A stretch of DNA of 63,426 nucleotides from a bacterium (GTDB lineage: Bacteria; Patescibacteriota; Minisyncoccia; Phycocordibacterales; CAIZIN01). This document shows positions 17,434 to 27,079 of this stretch, piece by piece. Within the stretch, counting starts at the first letter, position 1, and each line of letters begins with the position of its first letter. The stretch lies in the NCBI GenBank assembly GCA_031409775.1, contig JANNXY010000034.1:1-63426 (forward strand), given 5' to 3'. Both the position numbers and the translations under genes were made by a program. The notes under the pieces were generated by a model. That model did no database searches. It worked only from the letters and a program-made list of their open reading frames with translations, and was not told the DNA's origin.

Positions 17434-18033
17434 ATGAACAAAAATCACTTCACACCATTCGAGTATTATCTACCAAATGGGGCCAAGATCGACATTGATG
17501 ACTTCATCAAAGCCTCAAGTATGAACTTAGAAGACGAAAATTCATTCCCCCAATTCTATCTCGATACACAGACGGGAAATATTTGCGAGGTCCTGACCGC
17601 AGAGGCCCTCGTCAACCTAGTGGAGAAAATAGGGATGTCAGACAGGTATCTGAGTATCAGTAGCATGACAGAAAAGAACTATGCAGAGATACTTGATTTC
17701 CTGATCGAGATGCCTGGCAATCCATTGTCTAAAGCCGAGAAGAAGAAGGCGAAAGACATGCGAGCCAAAGCAGGCTGGGAAGCTGCGGTAACCTATATCA
17801 CTAGCATCGCACCAGAGTTCCCACTTATCTTCGAATTCGAAGTGAGGGACTATATACTAGAATATGTAGAGCATTACATGGAAGAATTTCCCAAAGGAAA
17901 GATAGAGAAAAAGTTTCTTGGTTGCGGGAATTGTCCCGCATGTAAAAACCTCAAGGAAGGTAATGTAGGGATGAATCATGTTCGCGATGGGATGGCTGGA
18001 TTGTCATTTGCATCATTTCCGTCGAGGGGATAA
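17434..18033 (+). CDS. hypothetical protein (199 aa)
   Basis: ORF only. CGNCPACKN near the C-terminus. Runs into the degraded pRiA4b-like fragments. Confidence 0.35.
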   Translation: MNKNHFTPFEYYLPNGAKIDIDDFIKASSMNLEDENSFPQFYLDTQTGNICEVLTAEALVNLVEKIGMSDRYLSISSMTEKNYAEILDFLIEMPGNPLSKAEKKKAKDMRAKAGWEAAVTYITSIAPEFPLIFEFEVRDYILEYVEHYMEEFPKGKIEKKFLGCGNCPACKNLKEGNVGMNHVRDGMAGLSFASFPSRG

Positions 18034-18368
18034 AAGGTCAAACAATGAAATCTTCTTGGATAGCGGAGAACTCAATCTGGACGAGAGACAGGTGAAGGTT
18101 ACTGAATTTCTAAAAAAAGAAAAAGGTACTATCCTACATAGTTACTGGCAAAGGCATGTGTCCATGGGAAGACTCCGGTGGTCTCTGGGGATTCTATGAA
18201 AAGGTGAAGATTCTGAAGGGTAAAAAGAGTGAGGAGAGAGATGAGATTATAGAATGGTTGTGTGATTTAGGTGTACTAGATGGGGATGGAAATATCGAGA
18301 AACAAATAAAGAAGCTCGATTTGAGCAAGTTTGAAAATATTATTCTCACACCTCCCACATCTTCTTGA
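17975..18368 (+). pseudogene. degraded pRiA4b ORF-3-like domain gene (split over two frames)
   Basis: GWLDCHLHHF (one frame) and CPWEDSGGLWGFYEKVKIL...EIIEWL (another frame) are the two hallmark blocks of the pRiA4b ORF-3 family. The N-terminal part of the domain and the central block are absent. Confidence 0.5.
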
Positions 18369-19569
18369 ATGTTACCTCGCTAAACTTCTCTATATACTCA
18401 TCATCGGCATCGAGGTAAAAGCATATAAGCTTCGTGCATTCGAGTTCTCTCCCAGCTTCCTGAAGCGACGATAATTCTCTCTTGAAATTTGTTCTTTCAA
18501 GACTTGAACACACCTGAATGACTTCTACTATTTCACTGTTCTTCTTCAATACAAAATCAATTTCTTTATTGTTCTTGGTCTTGTAATAGAAAAGCTCTAG
18601 ACCTTGTTGCGCGGCTCTCTTGTACAGCTCGATTGCAACAAATGCCTCATAGATCTTTCCACGATCTTTGGTAATTGTCTTTTTCTTGGCTTCGATGTAG
18701 CCAGTGTCGATCGGGTAGATCTTGGAGTAGCTTTTTATCCCTTCCTTTATCTTCCTCGAAAATCTGGTCACCTTTATAATTGCAAAAACCTCCTCGATAT
18801 AGGCAAGGTATTTCTTGATGCTTTGTAAGCTTTTGATACCCAAGACTTTCTGAAGGGAACGCATAGTAACAGGTAGGGCAGGTGAGGCCAGAATGAAATC
18901 GGCAAGACTCTGCAGATCTACTACATTCCTCACTTTGTAACGATCGACAATGTCTCGGAGAATGAGTGAATCAAGCAAAGTGTTGAGGTAATTACTTAGA
19001 TTCGCATTCAATATAAGTTCAGGAAACCCACCGGTCTTTATATAGGCATCCAGAGTGCCGCTATCCCTTCTCTTGTTATGGACAGTAAGATATTCTTCAT
19101 ACGAAAATGGATAAATATGAATTGGCACATGCCTTCCGGTCAAGGCAGTAGAAAGCTCTCTGCTCAAGAGGCGCGAATTCGAGCCGGTGACGATGACATT
19201 CTTTCCGTTTCTATGAAGTTCATTTACAAGATATTCCCATTTGTCGAGATTCTGGATTTCATCGAAGAAATAATATTCGGTATTGCCATACACACTATTC
19301 AAAGCCTCGAGAATATCGACATGTAATGCTTTGTCGGATAGTACTTCATTATCGAAATTTGCATACGCACAGTCTAAGTCCTCTATCATCTTCACACAGA
19401 AGCTCGATTTGCCAGATCTCCGGGGACCGAGCACTACTTTAATAAGTGGTTGCGGGAGCAGGGTAGAGATTTTGCTGTCAATCTGGCGGGGCAGATATTT
19501 CTTGGATTTGAGCTCCGAAAGCTCATTTCTCTGGTTTTCTATTACTTTTTGGATGTTTTTGGTAGTCAT
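18346..19569 (-). CDS. AAA+ ATPase with DUF4143-like C-terminal domain
   Basis: Start at MTTKNIQK (ATG 19569). Walker A GPRRSGKS, Walker B YYFFDEIQ. The 5' extension in the ORF track overlaps livG and is rejected. Confidence 0.75.
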   Translation of the reverse strand: MTTKNIQKVIENQRNELSELKSKKYLPRQIDSKISTLLPQPLIKVVLGPRRSGKSSFCVKMIEDLDCAYANFDNEVLSDKALHVDILEALNSVYGNTEYYFFDEIQNLDKWEYLVNELHRNGKNVIVTGSNSRLLSRELSTALTGRHVPIHIYPFSYEEYLTVHNKRRDSGTLDAYIKTGGFPELILNANLSNYLNTLLDSLILRDIVDRYKVRNVVDLQSLADFILASPALPVTMRSLQKVLGIKSLQSIKKYLAYIEEVFAIIKVTRFSRKIKEGIKSYSKIYPIDTGYIEAKKKTITKDRGKIYEAFVAIELYKRAAQQGLELFYYKTKNNKEIDFVLKKNSEIVEVIQVCSSLERTNFKRELSSLQEAGRELECTKLICFYLDADDEYIEKFSEVTFKKMWEV

Positions 19570-19648
19570 AAGTGACAAAATTAATGATTTTTGTCCACTA
19601 TAGCGCTTATAAGTGACAAAGTCAATGAAAATGGATACTATAATATTT

Positions 19649-20383
19649 ATGCCTACCCTCGCTCTCCACAACCTCCAGAAGCACTTCGACGGGATCAAAG
19701 CAATGAATAACTTGTCACTCTCTTTCGAGCAAGGCAAGATCACAGGCCTCATCGGGCCCAACGGTTCTGGGAAGTCGACTCTCATCAACCTCCTTACCGG
19801 CTTTGTGCCATTTGATTCTGGAATTGTTGTTGTCGGGGAAACGACCAAACTCTCTCGGATAAGACCCTATGAAATTGCCTCGTTGGACATTACGCGCACT
19901 TTTCAAGATGTAAAATTATTTGAGCAGATGACTGTGCTCGACAATGTTCTCGTCGTTCTCACCGAACGCAATGTCTGGGGAGCGATTTTTGAAAAGCATA
20001 AGACCTATCATATTGAAAAAGCTAAAGAAGTACTCGAGCGTGTGGGCCAATGGGAAAAGTGCGACGAGCTCGCCGCCAACCTCTCCTACGGCCAGCGCAA
20101 GCTCCTCGAGATCGCGCGTGCTATGGCGATGGAAGCATCGGTCTATTTCTTCGACGAGCCGTTTGCTGGACTCTTTCCCGAGATGATCAAAGTGGTGACT
20201 TCTATTGTCAAGGAATTGCGAGACAAGGGGAATACGGTGATCCTCGTAGAGCACAACATGGAACTCATCCGCGAACTCTCCGATCATTGCATCGTCATGG
20301 ATTCGGGCAAACTCCTCGCGGAAGGGAAGCCTGAGGATGTATTGGCGAGGAAGGACGTGGTGGAGGCGTATTTGGGGGAGTAG
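19649..20383 (+). CDS. livG: branched-chain amino-acid ABC transporter ATP-binding protein
   Basis: Walker A GPNGSGKST, signature LSYGQRKLLEIARA, Walker B YFFDEP. Start chosen at MPTLALHNLQK. Confidence 0.85.
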   Translation: MPTLALHNLQKHFDGIKAMNNLSLSFEQGKITGLIGPNGSGKSTLINLLTGFVPFDSGIVVVGETTKLSRIRPYEIASLDITRTFQDVKLFEQMTVLDNVLVVLTERNVWGAIFEKHKTYHIEKAKEVLERVGQWEKCDELAANLSYGQRKLLEIARAMAMEASVYFFDEPFAGLFPEMIKVVTSIVKELRDKGNTVILVEHNMELIRELSDHCIVMDSGKLLAEGKPEDVLARKDVVEAYLGE

Positions 20384-21112
20384 TTACTGTGACTTAATTA
20401 GCTCCTCGATATACTTTCCCTGCTCATATCTCTTGCCATAAGCTTTGACAGCGTAGAAAACAGAGGAGAACAAGTCGAACATATGTTTGTTGGATATCTT
20501 CACTGCAAACTCTTTGTACCAGTCAATAATAAATATCTCATTATCGATAAGGAAGAATTCTGCTTTCTCATCTAGGAAGTCATTGGGCACCTTGACCATA
20601 TCTTCGAGACGCCCAGTAAAGGCCCTAGCCACAGTCACTGCTTCGGTGTCAAATCTCCGAAAGAGACTATAAGCGAGATCTTCATGCACGATAGCATCGA
20701 TAATAAAACGTCTGTTGCCTATCTCTTGACTTATACTCTGAACATCGGATGTCTTGCTTTTCCTAATAGCTTCGCTAAATGACTTGCGAGGCTGGATACC
20801 GATCAGTCTACTCTCTCTGGGCTTGGAGAGGATTTCTTTCCAGACATGTTCGATCGCATCGAGTCCTCGGTAAATGGTGATCCCAGGAAGTTCGAGCAGG
20901 GGGGTAGTGAGTTTGTGCATACATGCAACGGTACGCCCGGTTTTGAAGTACAAATTCCTTTTGCCAGACTTCTTCTTGCCAACCATCTTTTTCTGGATAA
21001 GCTTTCTCAGATTATATTCGACTGTTGAGCGCGGTAGCCCTGAGAGACGGGCAATCTCTGCTAGTAGTAGAGGTCTACTTAGGACCTGGAGAATTATTTC
21101 TTCATTATGCAT
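20384..21112 (-). CDS. TrmB-like transcriptional regulator
   Basis: N-terminal wHTH LLLAEIARLSGLPRSTVEYNLRKLIQKKMV. Start taken at the ATG at 21112. Confidence 0.65.
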   Translation of the reverse strand: MHNEEIILQVLSRPLLLAEIARLSGLPRSTVEYNLRKLIQKKMVGKKKSGKRNLYFKTGRTVACMHKLTTPLLELPGITIYRGLDAIEHVWKEILSKPRESRLIGIQPRKSFSEAIRKSKTSDVQSISQEIGNRRFIIDAIVHEDLAYSLFRRFDTEAVTVARAFTGRLEDMVKVPNDFLDEKAEFFLIDNEIFIIDWYKEFAVKISNKHMFDLFSSVFYAVKAYGKRYEQGKYIEELIKSQ

Positions 21113-21130
21113 GATGGAAGTATAGGCCAA

Positions 21131-21166
21131 GAATTACAAATAACCAAATTTGGTTATTTGTAATTC
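21131..21166. promoter_or_regulatory. perfect 36-bp palindrome, candidate operator
   Basis: GAATTACAAATAACCAAA|TTTGGTTATTTGTAATTC, 18+18 nt with no mismatch. Lies between the divergent TrmB-like gene and the binding-protein gene. Confidence 0.5.
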
Positions 21167-21230
21167 TAGCGTACCCTTATATAACAACATATATTGCAAC
21201 CCATGTCTGTGACTATAGTGAAAATAAAAA

Positions 21231-22235
21231 ATGAAGCGTAAGCTTAGAAGATATATGAAAAAATTAATTCCACTTGTTATCGCCGTCATTATTATCCTGT
21301 TCTTTGTTAGCAATAAGAAGGACGAAGTTCAGGTGGCCAAGATCGGTGTCATCGCACCGCTTACCGGTATCGTCGCCTCCTACGGTGAAGATATCCAGAA
21401 AGGTGTTCTTGCTGCAGAAATCAGTACCCCTTCTCTCATTTTCGAAGATGACAAATGTGAACCAGCATCTGCGGTGTCTGCTTTCAACAAGCTCATAAAT
21501 GTTGACAAAGCCACCATCATTATCGGCCCCGGCTGCGGATCTCCACAGGAAGCCATCGTACCACTTCTTAAAGACAAGGAAGCCGTGGTGATTGTCTCAT
21601 CGGCTGCATCACAGAATCTCTATGAGCAGAGCGGAGGTAAATTCTTCAATATCCAGTATTCGCTCGAATCTGAAGCGGCATTCCTTGCAGACAAGATGCT
21701 CGAACGAGATCTACAGAAAGTGTTGGTTATAAGTTATAAAAATGCTTTCTCACAAACTGTAGCAGATAGCTTCAAAGCGAATTTCAAAGGGGAAGTGGCC
21801 AGAGAAATCAAGTTTGCTGAGAACTCAAGTGATATTACTACCGAGATTGCCAAGCTGAAGGGCTTGGATTATGACGCGATCATCGTGACCGATATCACTT
21901 TCTTCTTTGTGCAAGGTTCGGAGAAGTTAAAGCAGTACGGAATCACTGTTCCTGTCTATGCATCATATGTTGCAGAACTTCCTGCTGTGAGACTACTTGT
22001 CGAAGGTGTGTTCTATTCGTACCCAGGAGGATTGAAGGGAGATAAGGGTGCAGTGTACGAGCTTTCCAAGGAAGCAGGGATAATGGCGAATGATGCAAGC
22101 GCGAAGTGCGGTAGTGATGCGGCTTGTGTGAAGAAGTTCTTGATGGATTCTGGAGAATTTGATGAGGTAGGGACTTCGAAGCGGGAGATAGTGTTGAAGC
22201 AGATTGTCGGAGGGGAGGCAGTAGAGGTCAAATAA
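21231..22235 (+). CDS. livK: Liv-type ABC transporter substrate-binding protein
   Basis: Signal/anchor (KKLIPLVIAVIIILFF) followed by KIGVIAPLTGIVASYGEDIQKG, typical of the type-1 PBP family. Confidence 0.8.
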   Translation: MKRKLRRYMKKLIPLVIAVIIILFFVSNKKDEVQVAKIGVIAPLTGIVASYGEDIQKGVLAAEISTPSLIFEDDKCEPASAVSAFNKLINVDKATIIIGPGCGSPQEAIVPLLKDKEAVVIVSSAASQNLYEQSGGKFFNIQYSLESEAAFLADKMLERDLQKVLVISYKNAFSQTVADSFKANFKGEVAREIKFAENSSDITTEIAKLKGLDYDAIIVTDITFFFVQGSEKLKQYGITVPVYASYVAELPAVRLLVEGVFYSYPGGLKGDKGAVYELSKEAGIMANDASAKCGSDAACVKKFLMDSGEFDEVGTSKREIVLKQIVGGEAVEVK

Positions 22236-22413
22236 TCACCTCCCACCTAGACATCATATCCAAGGAGTTCATTGCTCTAGGTCTCACCAATATCAGTACT
22301 TACTCACTATTCGCGATCAGTCCGACATCAGAGATATACCCAATGGAAAATGGGGTACCTAGAGTAGTTTCACAGATAGAACTCAAATAGGCTAAATGTG
22401 AGATAATGGTCTG

Positions 22414-23139
22414 ATGGAACATCCAAAAATACTTCTGAAGTTACTAAACATCAATGTACATTACGGTGGTGTGAAGGCTCTAGATGGGGCCTCGATCCAG
22501 GTGGGTGCGGGAGAAGTGGTGGCACTCATGGGTCCGAATGGCGCTGGCAAATCTACCATATTGAAGACTATTTTCGGCCTGGCTCCTATCGAATCCGGCA
22601 AGGTAATATGGGAGGGAAGTGAGATCGAGCTCAAGCCATATGAAGTGGTGGAACTTGGTATCTCATTCGTACCACAAGGCAGACGTGTCTTCAAGCACCT
22701 CACAGTCTATGAGAATATCGAGATCGGTGGACATGCTATCCGCAACAAGAAGGTGCTCAAAGAACGCGTCGAAGAAGTCTTGGCGCTTTTCCCAGCACTC
22801 AAGGAGAAGCTTCATCAGAAATCGGGTCAGCTCTCGGGAGGTCAGCAGCAAATGGTGGCTCTGGCGCGCGGGCTCATCACCGATCCCAAGCTTTTGCTTC
22901 TCGACGAACCATCACTCGGGCTAGCGCCAAAAATTGTAAAAGAGGTTTTTGCTAAAATTAAAGAAATAAACGAAAAAAAAGGTACTGCAATTATTGTCGT
23001 TGAACATAATATCAAATCTCTCCTAGGAATAGCAGGCAGGGTATATGTTTTAGACAAAGGAAAAGTGGTATCGGAGGGAGCAGGAAGGAACTTTATTAAT
23101 AGTGATATTCTGGAAAAAGTCTTCCTGGGAAGACTTTGA
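22414..23139 (+). CDS. livF: branched-chain amino-acid ABC transporter ATP-binding protein
   Basis: Walker A GPNGAGKST, signature LSGGQQQMVALARG, Walker B LLLDEPS. TGAGATAAT ends 6 nt before the ATG. Confidence 0.85.
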   Translation: MEHPKILLKLLNINVHYGGVKALDGASIQVGAGEVVALMGPNGAGKSTILKTIFGLAPIESGKVIWEGSEIELKPYEVVELGISFVPQGRRVFKHLTVYENIEIGGHAIRNKKVLKERVEEVLALFPALKEKLHQKSGQLSGGQQQMVALARGLITDPKLLLLDEPSLGLAPKIVKEVFAKIKEINEKKGTAIIVVEHNIKSLLGIAGRVYVLDKGKVVSEGAGRNFINSDILEKVFLGRL

Positions 23140-23203
23140 TTTGTTGGGTTGTACTATTTTTTGACTGTTTTGTATTCTATACCTTTGCTATAATTGAAGT
23201 CAA

Positions 23204-24427
23204 ATGAATCCCGATGAAATAAAAAGCCAAGAAAAGCCCAAGGAAAAGAGCAAGATTATATTCTCTGCACCACCTATGCGACCTGGCGGTGTAGTGACGA
23301 GCAGCCCAGCTCAGTCAGTAGAAGCAGAACACGCGAACAAAGAAAAAACTTCTGATATCCGTAGCTACGCATATGACGCTGGTTCGATCACAAAGGACAG
23401 ACATCTGGCACCGGACCAGAGAACTGTCGCAGCCAACAGAAATTTCGTCGAAGATTCTGGCACATCAGCACCGCTCGATGCTGAGACTAGGTTCAAGATA
23501 AGTAAAGGGCTAGACCTACGTAACCTATCTGAACCAGCAATACCTAGCACCACCGACCCTAATCCTTCTTCCAACATCCGATCCTTTGCTTATGATATCA
23601 AGTCAGAAGTAACCGACAACAACATATCGGTTGCACAGATGGTGCTAGCAGAGAACAGGCAGCGAGAAGAATCCGGTACTACCGCAGAGGACCTACAAGC
23701 CAAGGCAGCTAGTAGCGGGATCATGCGATCGCTCCTCATATCTATAGGGGCGATCGCCATACTCGGGGGAGCTGGTATGCTCGTATATACATTTATCCGT
23801 ACACAACCAGTACCAATACTTTCTGACACTCGTGCTCCAGAGGTACTGAGAGTAGACAAGACTTCTCCGATACTACTACCTGATGCGAGCAAACGAACTA
23901 TGGTTCAGAAAATCGCCGAGGCTAGGGGTGCGAGTGCACCGATCGATACAATCGTAGATCTAGAACCTACGCTAAATATAGATGGTAACAAACAGATACT
24001 TACTTCTGCAGAGTTCATAGCTATATTTGATTCCAATGTCCCAGAAGAGCTATCTAGAACTATCCAGGATGAATTTAGTTTTGGTATCTACGCACACGAT
24101 ACGAACTCGATATATATGGTGCTCCGCGCAGATAACTATAGCAATGCCTATGCAGGCATGCTAGCGTGGGAGAAAGACATGCGGAATGAAATCGGGCAAG
24201 TATTCTATGACAATTCTAGCTTACCCCTGTCTACGAGCGGAACCATAGTGAATGAATTCATCGACAAGATATACTGGAACCAAGACACCAGAGCAATACT
24301 GGGCAAAGACAAAGAGCCAGTATTCCTATGGAGCATAGTCAACCGAGACACTATCGTGATAGCCAGTAACGACGAAATACTCAGGGAAATACTAGACAGA
24401 CTAACGCTTTCCAATATCGTCAGGTAA
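23204..24427 (+). CDS. hypothetical single-pass membrane protein
   Basis: 407 aa. One TM (LLISIGAIAILGGAGMLVYTFI). Repeated IRS[YF]AYD motif in the N-terminal part. Confidence 0.5.
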   Translation: MNPDEIKSQEKPKEKSKIIFSAPPMRPGGVVTSSPAQSVEAEHANKEKTSDIRSYAYDAGSITKDRHLAPDQRTVAANRNFVEDSGTSAPLDAETRFKISKGLDLRNLSEPAIPSTTDPNPSSNIRSFAYDIKSEVTDNNISVAQMVLAENRQREESGTTAEDLQAKAASSGIMRSLLISIGAIAILGGAGMLVYTFIRTQPVPILSDTRAPEVLRVDKTSPILLPDASKRTMVQKIAEARGASAPIDTIVDLEPTLNIDGNKQILTSAEFIAIFDSNVPEELSRTIQDEFSFGIYAHDTNSIYMVLRADNYSNAYAGMLAWEKDMRNEIGQVFYDNSSLPLSTSGTIVNEFIDKIYWNQDTRAILGKDKEPVFLWSIVNRDTIVIASNDEILREILDRLTLSNIVR

Positions 24428-24441
24428 TGTATAATTAATAT

Positions 24442-24789
24442 ATGAATACAGAATATTTCAAAGAAAAATTACTAAATGAGAAAGCTAGGCTCGAAGCCGA
24501 GCTCGGCGGAATCGGTCGCAAAAATGGAGGTGAAGAATGGCAGGCCAAAAACACTGTGGACGCAGACCCAGCCGAAGACAGTGAAATGGCGGACAAGTTT
24601 GAAGAACTTTCGCTCAACGAATCTATCGTAAGCACACTCGAAGCACAGCTCAAAGACGTCGACGCTGCATTAGAAAAGATCGCAGCCGGAACCTATGGCG
24701 TATGCGAAGTGTCCGGCGACCCTATCGAACTCGACCGCCTCGAAGCCAACCCTGCTGCCCGCACTTGCAAGACGCATATGAATAATTAA
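24442..24789 (+). CDS. DksA/TraR family protein with an incomplete Cys4 finger
   Basis: Coiled-coil N-terminus and C-terminal GVCEVSGDPIELDRLEANPAARTC. Only 2 of the usual 4 Cys are present. Confidence 0.65.
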   Translation: MNTEYFKEKLLNEKARLEAELGGIGRKNGGEEWQAKNTVDADPAEDSEMADKFEELSLNESIVSTLEAQLKDVDAALEKIAAGTYGVCEVSGDPIELDRLEANPAARTCKTHMNN

Positions 24790-24805
24790 TATAAAACTTA
24801 AATTT

Positions 24806-25180
24806 ATGGAAATTCCACCAATAACAATTAGGGAAGGAGATGTAAATAGACCAGAATCAAGTAGTGGCGACCAGGAGAAGCTTAGGTTCTACAGTCACAT
24901 GAACGATTTGCTTGATAAAACGAAAAGGATCACCCTAGCAATGGCCGCACTCAGTGCAGCATTCCTGGCTGGCAAGCTTGAGGAGAAGGTTGGAGACAGT
25001 CTGAGGGAAACTGAGACCCAGTTACAAGAACTACGATCAAAAATCGAATCTACCAAGAAAGAGTTCCCACAGTATCAATATGAGGGAGATTTTTACTCTC
25101 CACAGCCCGAAATTCCAAAAATAGATGAAGGCATCGAAGTAGATGGTATTTATGAGCCCATAAAAGGTCTCGAGGCCTAG
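24806..25180 (+). CDS. hypothetical protein (124 aa)
   Basis: ORF only. Confidence 0.4.
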   Translation: MEIPPITIREGDVNRPESSSGDQEKLRFYSHMNDLLDKTKRITLAMAALSAAFLAGKLEEKVGDSLRETETQLQELRSKIESTKKEFPQYQYEGDFYSPQPEIPKIDEGIEVDGIYEPIKGLEA

Positions 25181-25266
25181 AACTTTATAAAGTTTCATGA
25201 TTTTTGCAAAATCTTATAAAGTTATGAAATTTGTCATTATACTTTAAAGGCGTATAATCTCTAATT

Positions 25267-26832
25267 ATGGCTAAATTCGCCCGGGTTCAGAGTGCTCATA
25301 CGTATCTGCTTAAAACTTATACCGTAGATGTCGAGACCGACATCACTCGCGGTATGCATCATTTCACGATCGTAGGACTCCCCGACAAAGGTATCGACGA
25401 AGCTAAAGACCGTGTGTCATCGGCGATCAAACACACCGGATTCCAGTCTCCCAAGCAAAAGAACGAGAAAGTAGTCGTATCTCTAGCTCCTGCTCATGTG
25501 AGGAAAGATGGCTCCGGGTTCGACATCGCTATCGCTCTGTCTTACCTAATCGCTGCCGAAGAGATCGAGTTTGATCCCAGAGGCAAGTTGTTTGTAGGTG
25601 AGCTCGGGCTCGACGGATCAGTGCGGGCAGTAAATGGAATCCTGGCTATTGCGCTGTTCGCGAGGAAGAAGGGTGTCAAGGAGCTGTATATCCCGGCTGG
25701 CAATGTAGCCGAAGCGATATTGGTCGACGATATAGACATATATGGGATAAATAATCTCAAAGAACTTGTCGAACACCTAGACAACGATATAGACAGTGAA
25801 ACTGATAGTGAGATAATGCGACTGAATCCCGTACGCGGCAGCGCCTCCGCCGCATCCGGCGCTGCCGCTCTCATACACGAAGAGATATTTGAGATAGCAG
25901 ACATCCAAGGCCAGGCAATGGCCAAACGCGCCCTCGAGATCGCGGCAGCTGGCAAACACAATGTATGTCTGTATGGACCACCAGGTACAGGGAAGACCAT
26001 GCTTGCCAAAGCACTTTCATCTATACTCCCAAATCTCCGTCACGAAGAAACTCTCGAGGCCACTTCGATCCACTCTATAGCAGGAATACTCGATAGAAAT
26101 ATCATAAACAGACCACCGATACGTCATCCGCATCACACTGCATCATATGTATCGATCATTGGTGGTGGATCCAACCCCCGTCCAGGTGAAGTCACACTGG
26201 CGCATCATGGAGTACTGTTTATGGACGAGTTCCCTGAGTTCGACAAGAAAGTGATCGAGGCTCTGCGCCAGCCGCTCGAAGATAAAGTGGTGACTATAGC
26301 GAGAGCCAAGGGCACAGCTACGTATCCAGCCAATTTTATTTTGATCGCAGCGATGAATCCGTGTCCGTGTGGCTACCGTGGGTCCAAGAAGAAAGAATGC
26401 AAATGTAAGCAGTCAGACATCGCCCGCTACGAGAGGAAATTGTCCGGACCACTCATAGACCGTATCGATATGTTCGTCGAGGTAAGCGAAGTAGATCATG
26501 ACAAGCTACTTGGTAAAAATAAAAGTGGAGAGGACAGCAGAACCATCCGAAGTCGCGTAGAAACTGCCCGAACGATCCAACAAAACAGAAATCCCAAGAA
26601 AGCCGGCGCCACCAACAGCGATATATCGAGCAAGAACATAAGCGAGGTTACACAGATGAGCCGCTCTGCCGAGGACATCCTCAAACTATTTGCACAGAGA
26701 CTCGACCTATCTGCCCGCGCGTTCCACCGCGTGATCAAACTCGCCCGCACGATAGCCGACTTGGCCAATAGCGAAACTGTCGAGGACAAGCATATACTAG
26801 AGGCACTGCAGTATAGGCCAAAGGTGAATTAA
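25267..26832 (+). CDS. comM: YifB/ComM family Mg-chelatase-like ATPase
   Basis: Lon-like N-domain, Walker A YGPPGTGKTM, Walker B VLFMDEFPEF, zinc-knuckle NPCPCGY. Confidence 0.9.
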   Translation: MAKFARVQSAHTYLLKTYTVDVETDITRGMHHFTIVGLPDKGIDEAKDRVSSAIKHTGFQSPKQKNEKVVVSLAPAHVRKDGSGFDIAIALSYLIAAEEIEFDPRGKLFVGELGLDGSVRAVNGILAIALFARKKGVKELYIPAGNVAEAILVDDIDIYGINNLKELVEHLDNDIDSETDSEIMRLNPVRGSASAASGAAALIHEEIFEIADIQGQAMAKRALEIAAAGKHNVCLYGPPGTGKTMLAKALSSILPNLRHEETLEATSIHSIAGILDRNIINRPPIRHPHHTASYVSIIGGGSNPRPGEVTLAHHGVLFMDEFPEFDKKVIEALRQPLEDKVVTIARAKGTATYPANFILIAAMNPCPCGYRGSKKKECKCKQSDIARYERKLSGPLIDRIDMFVEVSEVDHDKLLGKNKSGEDSRTIRSRVETARTIQQNRNPKKAGATNSDISSKNISEVTQMSRSAEDILKLFAQRLDLSARAFHRVIKLARTIADLANSETVEDKHILEALQYRPKVN

Positions 26833-27079
26833 GAAATAAAAATCCCACCATCATTCTGTGACAGTGGGGGTCCAAGGAATTGAAACTCTGTGTCGGACTT
26901 CGACAGGTATCAACATGCCACCTACAACCCGATCATAATGGGTTATGTTGTCACTGCTAGATTTCCAAGTAATCGTCAACCAATCATCTGTTGAAAACAA
27001 TAAAATTCTAATAGTGATCATTATTTCCCACAGGACAGATGTTTACAGTAAGCTAGAAAAAAGAATTTAGATACAAATC

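Noticed and set aside
19570-19848. N-terminal 93-codon extension of the AAA ATPase ORF in the track (start 19848)
   Set aside because: The extension overlaps livG on the opposite strand and has a shadow-ORF composition. The ATPase family N-terminus begins at MTTKNIQK (19569).
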